Assembly: GCA_041397845.1 (NCBI GenBank)
Contig: JAWKVW010000006.1
Location: 6,061 to 70,060 of the forward strand
DNA from: Hyphomicrobiales bacterium
Lineage (GTDB): Bacteria > Pseudomonadota > Alphaproteobacteria > Rhizobiales > JAKPQE01
DNA: 64,000 nt
Reading direction: 5' to 3'
Shown here one piece after another: positions 34,899 to 43,856 of the stretch. The stretch's first letter is position 1. Every line of letters starts with the position of its first letter. Under the pieces are notes generated by a model. That model worked only from the letters and a program-made list of their open reading frames with translations, was not told the DNA's origin and made no database searches. The position numbers and the translations under genes were made by a program.

Positions 34899-35269
34899 CA
34901 GTGTTCCCTCGTCTCGACGATCTCGCCGGTCGCGGCATCGACCAGCATGACGGACCGGGCGCCGGCACCGTCGATGAGCTTGAAGCGATAAAGCCACTGC
35001 CCATCGCGGCGGGCAAAGGAGATGTCGACGATTTCGGCGTTTTCCGGCAGCGACGGCTTGATCCTGCCGAGGATCTCGGCGAGCGGGCGGACCTCGCCAC
35101 GCTCCAGCGCCTCATGGGCCAGATCGTGATCGTCGGCGTCGTGGTCGTCGTCGTGATGGCGGTGGCGCCGATCGGCAAGGGCCGGCCCGGCAGCGAGCGC
35201 GGCCATGCCGACGAGGGCCTGCAAGGCGGCCCTGCGGCTCATCCAGCGCGCGCTATCCGGTCGCGACAT
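34898..35269 (-). CDS. PepSY domain-containing protein with His/Asp-rich segment
   Basis: MSRRAALQALVGMAALAAGPALADRRHRHHDDDHDADDHDLAHEALERGEVRPLAEILGRI...YRFKLIDGAGARSVMLVDAATGEIVETREH; ATGA overlap with the regulator. Confidence 0.85.
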   Translation of the reverse strand: MSRPDSARWMSRRAALQALVGMAALAAGPALADRRHRHHDDDHDADDHDLAHEALERGEVRPLAEILGRIKPSLPENAEIVDISFARRDGQWLYRFKLIDGAGARSVMLVDAATGEIVETREH

Positions 35270-35333
35270 CAATCCCCTGCCCTTCTCCAACGGCGCCCGC
35301 CGCCGGCCGCCACACGCCCAGAATACGCCGGCA

Positions 35334-35837
35334 TCAATCGTCTTCGTAATAGCCCATCTCGGCGCCGCGATGGCAGGCGACGCAATTGGCCTTCGACTTG
35401 ACGCGCGGATCCTCGAAAGCGCCCGGCCGGACTTCGCCGCGATGCTCGCGGATCCAGTACGGCGTCCCGGAGATGCGCAGCGGCGTGTCGGACGCGCCGA
35501 GGCCGCGCATGAAATGGTTGTCGCGGCCGCTGGCGTCACCTGCATTGGCGACGAGGTAGCCGGTGATGGCTTTCGCCTTGTCATCGGGCAGCGCGGCGTT
35601 CTCGCCGAAGTGGTCGGAAAGGCCGTTCATGATGGCGGTCCAGGAACGGGCCGGCAGCATCGCCGGCTGGAAGGCCATGTGGCAGGCGCCGCATTCCTCG
35701 ATGGTCGCCATATCGGTCACGGCACCCAGTCGCCGGCCCTCGCCGTCACGGTCGGCGCGGGCGGCGGTGACGGTCGCGGCAGCGATGGCCGAGCCGATGG
35801 TGGCGACGGCGGCAAGGGCCAGAATGGTTCTCGTCAT
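35334..35837 (-). CDS. Dihaem cytochrome c
   Basis: Signal peptide, IEECGACHMAFQPAMLPARSW and KANCVACHRGAEM (two CxxCH). Confidence 0.9.
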   Translation of the reverse strand: MTRTILALAAVATIGSAIAAATVTAARADRDGEGRRLGAVTDMATIEECGACHMAFQPAMLPARSWTAIMNGLSDHFGENAALPDDKAKAITGYLVANAGDASGRDNHFMRGLGASDTPLRISGTPYWIREHRGEVRPGAFEDPRVKSKANCVACHRGAEMGYYEDD

Positions 35838-35865
35838 GATGTGAATTCCTTTCAAATTAGCCGGC

Positions 35866-36291
35866 TTATTTACCAGACATGAATGTGATGAAGTCGCCCT
35901 TTTCCGTCGCGGTACATTCGCGGCCGAGGACGCTCTTGCAATTGCGGCCGAACCATTTCTCGATCTTGGCCATATCGGTGTAGCGATCGGGCGACTTCGA
36001 GACGGCCATCGGGGCGATGTCCTTGCCGGCACGGGTGCGGCCGCCCGACGCCGGATTGTCGGTGTGGCAAGCGGTGCAGGCCGGCGTTTCAGCCTCGCCG
36101 CCTGAGAAACGGGTGCGATAGAGCGCCTCGCCACGGGCGGCCGAAAACCCGGAAAAACCGGGGTTTTCCGCCTTGGCCGCAGCGGCGAAATGGTTGATCG
36201 CGGCCTCCCTTGCAGGGTTCGCCAGGGCCGGCAGGGTGATGGCGGCAAGGAGCGGCAGGGCCAGAAGTGCTCGACGGCAACGGGTTTTCAT
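35866..36291 (-). CDS. DUF1924 / Sphaeroides haem protein (SHP)-like cytochrome c
   Basis: Signal peptide; GFSGFSAARGEALYRTRFSGGEAETPACTACHTDNPASGGRTRAGKDIAPMAVSKSPDRYTDMAKIEKWFGRNCKSVLGRECTATEKGDFITFM. Confidence 0.88.
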   Translation of the reverse strand: MKTRCRRALLALPLLAAITLPALANPAREAAINHFAAAAKAENPGFSGFSAARGEALYRTRFSGGEAETPACTACHTDNPASGGRTRAGKDIAPMAVSKSPDRYTDMAKIEKWFGRNCKSVLGRECTATEKGDFITFMSGK

Positions 36292-36305
36292 CTCGTGTCA
36301 TTCCC

Positions 36306-37454
36306 TCATTGTTTCGACAGGTCCGGAATGGCGATCGCCGCGTCGTCGAAGCGACCGGTCCCGGCGTCGCCATGGCAGGCGCCGCAGGCGCCGCGAGCAC
36401 CGACTTTTAAGTCGGCAAATGTTCCGTCGTCGATACCAGCGTGGCGGCGCTTCCAGAACGGCGTCGCGGTGATGCGCAGCGGGTCGGCGGGATCGCGGCG
36501 ACGGAACCAGTTAGCCGCCTTTGTGTCGTATTCGGTGGCGCTGTTGGCGAGCAGATAGGTGGCGAGGCGGTTGACGGTCTCGGGCGGCAGCGTGGCGTCC
36601 TCGCCGAAGTGGCGATCGAGCCCCTTCAGCATCGATTGCCATTCGGCGGCGCCGGCAAGGCTCGGATGGAAGGCGATATGGCAATCGCCGCATTCAGTCC
36701 GATAGACGGGATCGAGCGGCGCCTGCGGCACGCCGCGTCCCGGCAGGCTGGCGAACGCCATGGTGCCGGCGGCACCCACGCCGCCGACAAGCGCGACGAA
36801 GGCGAGCGCCGGGACGGTCCTTGCCGTTGCCGGACGCGGATGATCGGCGGGCACAAGCGCCGGCTTGCGGCCGGTGACCATCGCGCCGGCGAGGTTGATG
36901 CGCTCGGCAAGGCTGGAAAGCACGACGCCGGCAACATGGGCGGCGACGAGACCAAGCAGGGCAAACGCCAGGATTTCGTGCAGCTCGCGGACGACGCTGC
37001 CTGCCGCAAAACTCGTGATGAAGGCCAGCGGCCCGCGCTTCTCGACGCCGCCAAGAGCGATGACGCCGCTCAGGACGAGTGCCGCGAGGACGGCGAGCAG
37101 CGCGAAGACCATCAGCGCGCCGAGGGGATTGTGGCCGCGATAGTGCGGCGCCCGATGGCCGATGTGAGCGCGGAGGTAATCGAGCGTGCGGGCCGGCGCA
37201 TAGAGAAAGGCGCTGAAGCGCGCATGGGACGAGCCGGCGATGCCCCAGGCGAGGCGCAGGACGAGCAGCAGGGCGATCGCGGCACCGGCGACGAGGTGCA
37301 GGTTCAGCCAGTTTTCCGGAAGGAGAAAGCCGGAGACCATCGCCACGGCGACGGTCGCGACGAGGGACCAGTGAAAGAGACGGATCAGCCGATCCCAGAC
37401 GGCGATCGTATCGACCGGCTGAGCCGCTTTCCTGCCGTCCCGTCCAATCGTCAT
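36306..37454 (-). CDS. Cytochrome b561-type membrane protein fused to C-terminal dihaem cytochrome c domain
   Basis: VWDRLIRLFHWSLVATVAVAMVSGF (CybB-like), multiple TMs, then ECGDCHIAFHPSLAGAAEW...ACGACHGDAGTG. Confidence 0.9.
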   Translation of the reverse strand: MTIGRDGRKAAQPVDTIAVWDRLIRLFHWSLVATVAVAMVSGFLLPENWLNLHLVAGAAIALLLVLRLAWGIAGSSHARFSAFLYAPARTLDYLRAHIGHRAPHYRGHNPLGALMVFALLAVLAALVLSGVIALGGVEKRGPLAFITSFAAGSVVRELHEILAFALLGLVAAHVAGVVLSSLAERINLAGAMVTGRKPALVPADHPRPATARTVPALAFVALVGGVGAAGTMAFASLPGRGVPQAPLDPVYRTECGDCHIAFHPSLAGAAEWQSMLKGLDRHFGEDATLPPETVNRLATYLLANSATEYDTKAANWFRRRDPADPLRITATPFWKRRHAGIDDGTFADLKVGARGACGACHGDAGTGRFDDAAIAIPDLSKQ

Positions 37455-37825
37455 CTTCCCGTCTCCACCATCGCTCGCCGTCCAATCCGGAACCGGACGT
37501 GCCGTGCCGCTTCGGGGCTTTGCGAGGGCAGGCACGGCACGCCACTTCCGGGTGGCGCCACGGACGGGGCGCCGGGTTCGATCGGCCGGTTCCCGGGAGG
37601 GACGGCCGACCCGTCGATGCGCGGCCCCGCGACCGGGGATGCGTCAGCGGTGGCGGGGCCGATCCCGCATCGACACGGACGGTTCTAGCGAAGGGGTCGT
37701 GACGCGCGGCTGTCGGGCGCTGTCAGCGTCCCGTCAGCTTCAGCGGGGGATCGCGATGGCGCGTTGCCGGCGCCCTCTTCCTACTTTAGTTTGCAGTCTC
37801 CCGGCAGGATGGAGCGGCAGGCGGA

Positions 37826-38533
37826 ATGCAGGATTTCGGCGAAGCTGTCGGCCTTGCAGGCCGACTTCTCCTTTCAGGAGACGAAACGCTCGGCGAGATC
37901 GTGTGGCTGTCGCTGAAGATCAACGCCGGCGCGGTGGCGCTCGCCGCCACGATCGGCATGCCGCTCGGGGCGACGCTGGCGGTCGCGCGCTTTCCCGGAC
38001 GACAGGCGATCGTCGTCCTCATCAATTCGCTGATGGGCCTGCCGCCGGTCGTCGTCGGACTGCTCGTCTACCTGATGCTGTCGAATGCCGGGCCGCTCGG
38101 CGTGCTGCAACTGCTGTACACACCGACGGCGATGATCATCGCCCAGACGGTGCTGGTTACGCCGATCATCACGGCGCTGACGCGGCAGGTGATCGAGGAT
38201 CTCGACGCGGAATACCGCGAACAGCTCGATTCCTTTGCCGTCAGCGGCCTTGCCCGGATCGGCACGCTGCTGCTCGACGCGCGCGCCAGTCTCGTCACGG
38301 CCGTGCTTGCCGGCTTCGGCCGCTCCGTTGCCGAGGTCGGCGCCGTCATCATCGTCGGCGGCAACATCAACCACGTCACCCGGGTGATGACGACCGCGAT
38401 CGCGCTCGAGACATCGAAGGGCAATCTGGCGCTGGCGCTGGCGCTCGGCTTCGTGCTGCTGACGCTGGCGATCGCCGTCAACGGCGCGGTCGGCGGATTG
38501 CGGCTTGCCATGGTGCGGGGCGCCCATGCTTGA
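37826..38533 (+). CDS. tupB: Tungstate ABC transporter permease
   Basis: LINSLMGLPPVVVGLLVYLMLSNAGPLG...AEVGAVIIVGGNINHVTRVMTTAIALETSKGNLALALALG. Confidence 0.85.
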   Translation: MQDFGEAVGLAGRLLLSGDETLGEIVWLSLKINAGAVALAATIGMPLGATLAVARFPGRQAIVVLINSLMGLPPVVVGLLVYLMLSNAGPLGVLQLLYTPTAMIIAQTVLVTPIITALTRQVIEDLDAEYREQLDSFAVSGLARIGTLLLDARASLVTAVLAGFGRSVAEVGAVIIVGGNINHVTRVMTTAIALETSKGNLALALALGFVLLTLAIAVNGAVGGLRLAMVRGAHA

Positions 38534-39278
38534 GCGGCCGATCATCAGCCAGCCGGCGCGCACCGCCTCGATGCCGCTCGTCGTCGAGGACCTCGTTTTC
38601 GCGACCGGCGGGCGGCGGCTCATCGACGGTATCAGCCTCAGGCTCGAGGCTGGCCGGCGCACCGCGATCATGGGCCCGAACGGAGCCGGCAAGAGCCTGT
38701 TCCTCAGGCTCATTCACGGTCTCATCGCGCCGAGCTCGGGCCGCGTCACCTGGAATGGCCGCCCGCCGGAGCGTGATGTCCGCCTTGCCCAGGCGATGGT
38801 GTTCCAGCGGCCGGTGCTGCTGCGCCGCTCGGTCGCGGCGAATATCGACTATGCCCTCAAGGCCCATGGCGTTGCCCGGCGGGAGCGGACCGCGCGGGCG
38901 GCGGCGGCGCTTGAACAGGCCGGGCTCGGCCATCTTGCCGGCCAGGCGGCGCGCCTGCTTTCCGGCGGCGAGCAGCAGCGCCTCGCGGTGGCGCGGGCCA
39001 TCGCCGTTGCGCCGGACGTGCTGCTGCTCGACGAGCCGACCTCGAGCCTTGATCCGCATTCGACCCTCAAGGTGGAAATGCTGATCGCGCGGGCAGCGCA
39101 GGACGGCGCCCGCATCGTTCTCGTCACGCACGACCCCGGGCAGGCGAAACGGTTCGCCGACGAGGTCCTGTTCCTGCATCGCGGCCGGCTTCTGGAACAT
39201 ACCCCGGCCGAGATCTTCTTCGATACGCCGCGCTCGGCGGAAGCCCGGAGCTTCCTTGCCGGCGAACTCGTTCTTTGA
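38526..39278 (+). CDS. tupC: Tungstate ABC transporter ATP-binding protein
   Basis: MGPNGAGKSLFLRLIHGLI...LSGGEQQRLAVARAIAVAPDVLLLDEPTSSLDPHS...VLVTHDPGQAKRFADEVLFLHRGRLLEHTPA. Confidence 0.88.
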   Translation: MLERPIISQPARTASMPLVVEDLVFATGGRRLIDGISLRLEAGRRTAIMGPNGAGKSLFLRLIHGLIAPSSGRVTWNGRPPERDVRLAQAMVFQRPVLLRRSVAANIDYALKAHGVARRERTARAAAALEQAGLGHLAGQAARLLSGGEQQRLAVARAIAVAPDVLLLDEPTSSLDPHSTLKVEMLIARAAQDGARIVLVTHDPGQAKRFADEVLFLHRGRLLEHTPAEIFFDTPRSAEARSFLAGELVL

Positions 39279-39301
39279 CCATCGACCCCACGGGAAAAAC
39301 C

Positions 39302-40126
39302 ATGCGCGTCCTTGCTGCCATTGTTGCTGCCGCCACGCTTCTCATCGCGCAGAGCCTTGCAACGCTCGGCGACGGGAAATTCATCATCGTCCAGTCGACG
39401 ACCTCGACGCAGAATTCCGGCCTGCTCGACTATCTGCTGCCGATCTTCACGGCCAAGACCGGGATCGAGGTCCGGGTGGTGGCGGTCGGCACCGGCCAGG
39501 CGATCAAGAACGCCGCCAATGGCGACGGCGACGTGCTGCTCGTCCATGCCAAGGCGGCGGAGGAGAAGTTCGTTGCCGAGGGCTATGGCGTGAAGCGCTT
39601 CGACCTCATGTACAACGACTTCGTGATCGTCGGCCCGGCCGCCGACCCGGCCGGCATCAACGGCTCGCACGACGTTGTCGCAGCACTGCAGAAGATCGCC
39701 GGGGCGAGTGCGCCGTTCGCCTCGCGCGGCGATGATTCCGGCACGCACAAGGCGGAAATGAAGCTCTGGAAGGCGGCGGGCATCGACCCGACGGCGGCGA
39801 GCGGCGGCTGGTATCGCGAGACCGGCTCGGGGATGGGCCAGACGCTCAACACCGGCGTCGAGATGGGCGCCTATGTGCTGACCGACCGGGCGACCTGGGT
39901 CGCCTTCGGCAACAAGGGCAACTTCACCATCGCCGTCGAGGGCGACGACAAGCTCTTCAACCAGTACGGCGTCATTCTCGTCAACAAGGAGAAGCTTTCG
40001 AACGTCAAGTCCGATCTCGGGCAGGCGTTCGTCGACTGGCTGATCTCCGGCGAAGGCCAGGCGGCGATCGCCGCCTTCCGCGTCGAGGGCCAGCAGCTCT
40101 TCTTCCCGAACGCCAGGAGCGAATAG
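39302..40126 (+). CDS. tupA: Tungstate ABC transporter substrate-binding protein
   Basis: IIVQSTTSTQNSGLLDYLLPIFTAKTGIEVRVVAVGTGQAIKNAANGDGDVLLVHAKAAEEKFVAEGYGVKRFDLMYNDFVIVGP...SRGDDSGTHKAE. Confidence 0.9.
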   Translation: MRVLAAIVAAATLLIAQSLATLGDGKFIIVQSTTSTQNSGLLDYLLPIFTAKTGIEVRVVAVGTGQAIKNAANGDGDVLLVHAKAAEEKFVAEGYGVKRFDLMYNDFVIVGPAADPAGINGSHDVVAALQKIAGASAPFASRGDDSGTHKAEMKLWKAAGIDPTAASGGWYRETGSGMGQTLNTGVEMGAYVLTDRATWVAFGNKGNFTIAVEGDDKLFNQYGVILVNKEKLSNVKSDLGQAFVDWLISGEGQAAIAAFRVEGQQLFFPNARSE

Positions 40127-40185
40127 CGCCGGCCCTCGGCTGGCAACCACTCTGCTTCGACTTTGACCGGCCGCTGCTCCGCCCG

Positions 40186-40236
40186 GACCCTGATTGCGGC
40201 TATTCAGCCTGGATCCTGAATTGCGGCTATTCAGCC
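40186..40236. repeat. Direct repeat of about 25 bp across the 3' end of the hybrid kinase
   Basis: GGACCCTGATTGCGGCTATTCAGCC immediately followed (after T) by GGATCCTGAATTGCGGCTATTCAGCC; the second copy contains the kinase stop codon. Confidence 0.9.
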
Positions 40237-43200
40237 GCGGGACGCTGCACCCGCCATTGCGCCAGCACGGCACGCAATGCTGCCGGCTTCAGCGGCTTGT
40301 TGAGGACGCCGATATTGCGATCGCGGGCGGCGTCGCGAACGCTCGGCGAGCGGTCGGCGGTGATCAGCACCGCCGGCAGGCCGGCGCCGAACCGGCTGCG
40401 CAGGGAGCTCACCGTTTCAAGGCCGGTGCCCTCGTCGAGGTGATAGTCGACAAGCACCACATCGGGCGAGCCGCCGCGATCGCGGAGCTGTTTCAGCGCC
40501 TCGCGGGTCGAGCCGGCCTTCAGCACCGTGCAGCCCCAGCCGGACAGCAGCGCTTCCATGCCGTCGAGGATGCGGGCCTCGTTGTCGATGCAGAGCACGG
40601 TCATGCCGGCCAACTGGGTTGCCGGTGTCGGCATGGCGGTCGGCTCGGTGCGAGCTGAAATCTGGCTTTCGGCGAGCGGTATCTCGACGGAGAATTTCGA
40701 GCCGCGACCGGGCGTCGAGGTCAGCGTCACCGGATGGTCGAGGACGCGGGAGATGCGCTCGACGATGGACAGGCCGAGCCCGAGGCCGCGGGCGGCCCTG
40801 GCGCCGGCCTCGAGGCGCTGGAATTCCTTGAAGATCACCTTCTGCTTGGCGAGCGGAATGCCAAGTCCGGTATCGAAGACGTCGACGCGCACCTTGCCGC
40901 GCCGGCGCCGGCAGCCGACGAGAACACGGCCGGAGGCGGTGTACTTGATGGCGTTCGAGACAAGGTTCTGCAAAAGGCGGCGGAGCAGGCGGCGGTCCGA
41001 GCGGACAGTGAGGCCGGAGGGCACGATCACCAGATCGAGCTTCTTTTCCTTGGCGAGCGGAGCGTATTCGACGGCAAGCTGGTTGAGGATCTCGTCGAGG
41101 CGGAAGGTGCCGATCTCCGGCTTCAGGGCGCCGGCATCGAGGCGCGAGATGTCGAGAACGGCGCCGATGATTTCCTCGACCGCCTCGAGCGAGGCATCGA
41201 CATTCTGGATCAGCCGGCGGTCCTCGTCGCCGGAATGGCGCTCGACAAGGCTCGTCACATAAAGACGGGCGGCGTTCAGCGGCTGGAGAATGTCGTGGCC
41301 GGCGGCGGCAAGGAAGCGCGTCTTGCCGATATTGGCCTCGTCGGCGATCGACTTGGCGCGGGCGAGTTCCTGGTTGAGCCGGGTCAGCTCCTCGGTGCGG
41401 TCGCGGACGCGAACCTCCAGCGTCTCCTTGGCGCGCTCGAGCGCATCGGCGGCGGCAACCCGGTCGGTGATGTCGGTATAGGTGGCGACGATGCCGCCGC
41501 CGGGCATGGCGTTCGGCCGCACTTCGAGAACGACGCCGGTCGAATGCATGCGCTCCTGGAAGGTCTGCATGGAGACGACGAAGCGGTCGATGCGGTCGGC
41601 GACGATGGCGTCGGGATCGCCGGGGCCGAGCTCGCCGCGCTCGGCGTTGAACCGCAGGATCGTGTGCAGGGAAATTCCGACCTGGCCGAACTCGGTCGGC
41701 AGGCCGAGCATGTCGCGGAAATGGCGGTTCCAGCAGATGAGGCGCAGGTCACGATCGAAGACGCAGATGCCCTGGCGCACCTGATCGAGCGCGGTCTGCA
41801 GGAGGTCGCGGTTGTACTGGATGGCGGCGGAGGCGTCGTCGAGGAGTTTCAGCGCGCCCTTGGTCGAGGCATCGGAGCGCTTGAGGAGCAGCGACAGGAC
41901 GAGGCGGGACGAGGCCGCGCCGATGGCGCTTGCCAGCAATTGCTCGGAATAGCGCAGCAGGTGGGCGTCGACCTCGCGATGGGGCTCGAGCGACAGGCTG
42001 CGGGCCTCGGCAAAGCTGTTGAACGAGCGCTCGGTCCGCTCCTCGCCGAGATAGCGCGCGACCGTCGAGCGCAGGTCGCCGACGGTGGTCGTGGTGCGGA
42101 AGAGGCGCAGGGCCGGCGCCTGGGTGAACTCGGCCGGCACGAACAGGTTGGCCTGCAGCCGCTCGATCGGCTCCGGCATGCGGGCGAGCGAAACGACAAC
42201 GAAGGCAAGGACGTTGAAGGTGAGGCTCCAGAAGACGCCGTGAGTCAGCGGATCGAAGGCGAAGGAGAGGAGCGCCTGCGGCTTCAGGAGGCCGATGCCG
42301 AAGGGGCCGTCGTGGATGATCGATTCGGGCACGATGCCCGAGGCGGCGAAGTTCGGCAGCAGCAGCGTATAGGCCCAGACGGCGAAGCCGACGCTCATGC
42401 CGGCGATGGCACCGCGGGCGGTGGCGCGCCGCCAGATCAGGCCGCCGACGAAAGCCGGCGCGAACTGGGCGATCGCAGCAAAGGACAGAAGGCCGATCGA
42501 GGCGAGCGCGGCGGTGTTGCCGGCCAGCCGGTAATAGGCATAGGCGAGCAGCAGGATGACGAAGATCGACAGGCGGCGGATGTTGAGCAGCAACGTGCCC
42601 ATGTCGCTCGCATCGTCGCGCTCGCGCGTGCCGCGGCGCAGGACCAGCGGCATGACGAGATCGTTCGAGATCATGATGGCAAGGGCGACCGTCGCAACGA
42701 TGACCATGGCGGTCGCCGCCGAGAGCCCGCCGATGAAGGCGGCGAGAGAGACGAGGCCGTTGCCCGCCGCCATCGGCAGGCGCAAGACGAAGGTATCGGC
42801 GTCGACCGCGCCGCCGAAATGGACGAGACCGGCGACCGAGACCGGAATGACGAAGAGATTGATGGCGACGAGATAGACCGGGAAGAGCCAGGCGGCGCGG
42901 CGCAGCTCGTTCGGCGCGTTGTTCTCGACCACCGTCACATGAAACTGGCGCGGCAGCAGGAGGCCGGCAAAGAGCGACAGCAGCGTCATGGTGATCCAGG
43001 TGCCGCCGCTGAGGTCGCGGCCAAGAAGGTCGGCGGTGATCCCGGCTTCGTCGGCGATCGCGAAGAGCTGCTGCGGCCCGTCGAAAATGCCGTAGACGAC
43101 GTAAAAGCCGACGGCGAGGAAGGCAACGAGCTTGACCACCGACTCGGCGGCGATCGCCAGCATCAGGCCTTCCTGGTGTTCGGTAGCGTCGATGTGGCGG

Positions 43201-43736
43201 GTGCCGAAGAGAACGGCGAAGGCGGCCATCGACAGGGCGACGACGAGGGCGATATCGCCGATCGGCGAGGAACCGGCCGCCGGGGTCTGGCCGAGGCTCG
43301 TTGCCAGCGACGAGGACACCGCCTTCAATTGCAGGGCGATGTAGGGAACGGTACCAACCACCGCGATGATCGTCGCGACGGCGGCGACCCATTCGTTCTT
43401 GCCGTAGCGCGAGCCGAGAAAGTCGGCGATCGAGGTGATCTTCTCGGCCTTGGCGAGGCGCACGATGCGGCGCAGGATCGGATAGCCGAGGCCGAACAGG
43501 ATCAGCGGACCGACATAGATGGTGAGGAAATCGAGGCCGCTCTTGGCGGCAAAGCCGACCGAGCCGAAGAAGGTCCAGGAGGTGCAATAGACGCCGAGCG
43601 AAAGGGCGTAGATCAGCGGCCGGCCGCGGCCGATCTTGCGGCGGCGCGCGGCAAGACGATCGCCGAAGCTGGCGACCGCGAACAGAAAGCCGATATAGGC
43701 AAGGGCGGAGGCAATGATGACCCAGCCTGGCAGCAT
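40227..43736 (-). CDS. SLC5-type symporter / PAS / histidine kinase / receiver hybrid protein (CrbS/NahK-like)
   Basis: N-terminal SSS-type TM domain (SLGVYCTSWTFFGSVGFAAKSGLDFLTIYVGPLILF...), PAS region ICVFDRDLRLICWNRHFRDMLGLP, HisKA FLAAAGHDILQPLNAARLYVTSLVER, receiver MTVLCIDNEARILDGMEALLSGWG...DVVLVDYHLDEGTGLE. Confidence 0.93.
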   Translation of the reverse strand: MLPGWVIIASALAYIGFLFAVASFGDRLAARRRKIGRGRPLIYALSLGVYCTSWTFFGSVGFAAKSGLDFLTIYVGPLILFGLGYPILRRIVRLAKAEKITSIADFLGSRYGKNEWVAAVATIIAVVGTVPYIALQLKAVSSSLATSLGQTPAAGSSPIGDIALVVALSMAAFAVLFGTRHIDATEHQEGLMLAIAAESVVKLVAFLAVGFYVVYGIFDGPQQLFAIADEAGITADLLGRDLSGGTWITMTLLSLFAGLLLPRQFHVTVVENNAPNELRRAAWLFPVYLVAINLFVIPVSVAGLVHFGGAVDADTFVLRLPMAAGNGLVSLAAFIGGLSAATAMVIVATVALAIMISNDLVMPLVLRRGTRERDDASDMGTLLLNIRRLSIFVILLLAYAYYRLAGNTAALASIGLLSFAAIAQFAPAFVGGLIWRRATARGAIAGMSVGFAVWAYTLLLPNFAASGIVPESIIHDGPFGIGLLKPQALLSFAFDPLTHGVFWSLTFNVLAFVVVSLARMPEPIERLQANLFVPAEFTQAPALRLFRTTTTVGDLRSTVARYLGEERTERSFNSFAEARSLSLEPHREVDAHLLRYSEQLLASAIGAASSRLVLSLLLKRSDASTKGALKLLDDASAAIQYNRDLLQTALDQVRQGICVFDRDLRLICWNRHFRDMLGLPTEFGQVGISLHTILRFNAERGELGPGDPDAIVADRIDRFVVSMQTFQERMHSTGVVLEVRPNAMPGGGIVATYTDITDRVAAADALERAKETLEVRVRDRTEELTRLNQELARAKSIADEANIGKTRFLAAAGHDILQPLNAARLYVTSLVERHSGDEDRRLIQNVDASLEAVEEIIGAVLDISRLDAGALKPEIGTFRLDEILNQLAVEYAPLAKEKKLDLVIVPSGLTVRSDRRLLRRLLQNLVSNAIKYTASGRVLVGCRRRRGKVRVDVFDTGLGIPLAKQKVIFKEFQRLEAGARAARGLGLGLSIVERISRVLDHPVTLTSTPGRGSKFSVEIPLAESQISARTEPTAMPTPATQLAGMTVLCIDNEARILDGMEALLSGWGCTVLKAGSTREALKQLRDRGGSPDVVLVDYHLDEGTGLETVSSLRSRFGAGLPAVLITADRSPSVRDAARDRNIGVLNKPLKPAALRAVLAQWRVQRPAAE

Positions 43737-43856
43737 CCGCTTTCGCCCTTTCCCGACGCTTGCGGCCGGCGCCGTCTCCTCTCGAAGCGGGCGCCATGCA
43801 GGTGACAATGGTCGGAAATCCGAGCATATAAGCGCCGCAAAGTCCACCTGAAGGAC

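Noticed and set aside
40734-43805. 1023-aa plus-strand ORF
   Set aside because: Exact antisense of the symporter-kinase gene; composition (EGDDRRDG-type repeats) lacks domain motifs; GC-driven open frame.
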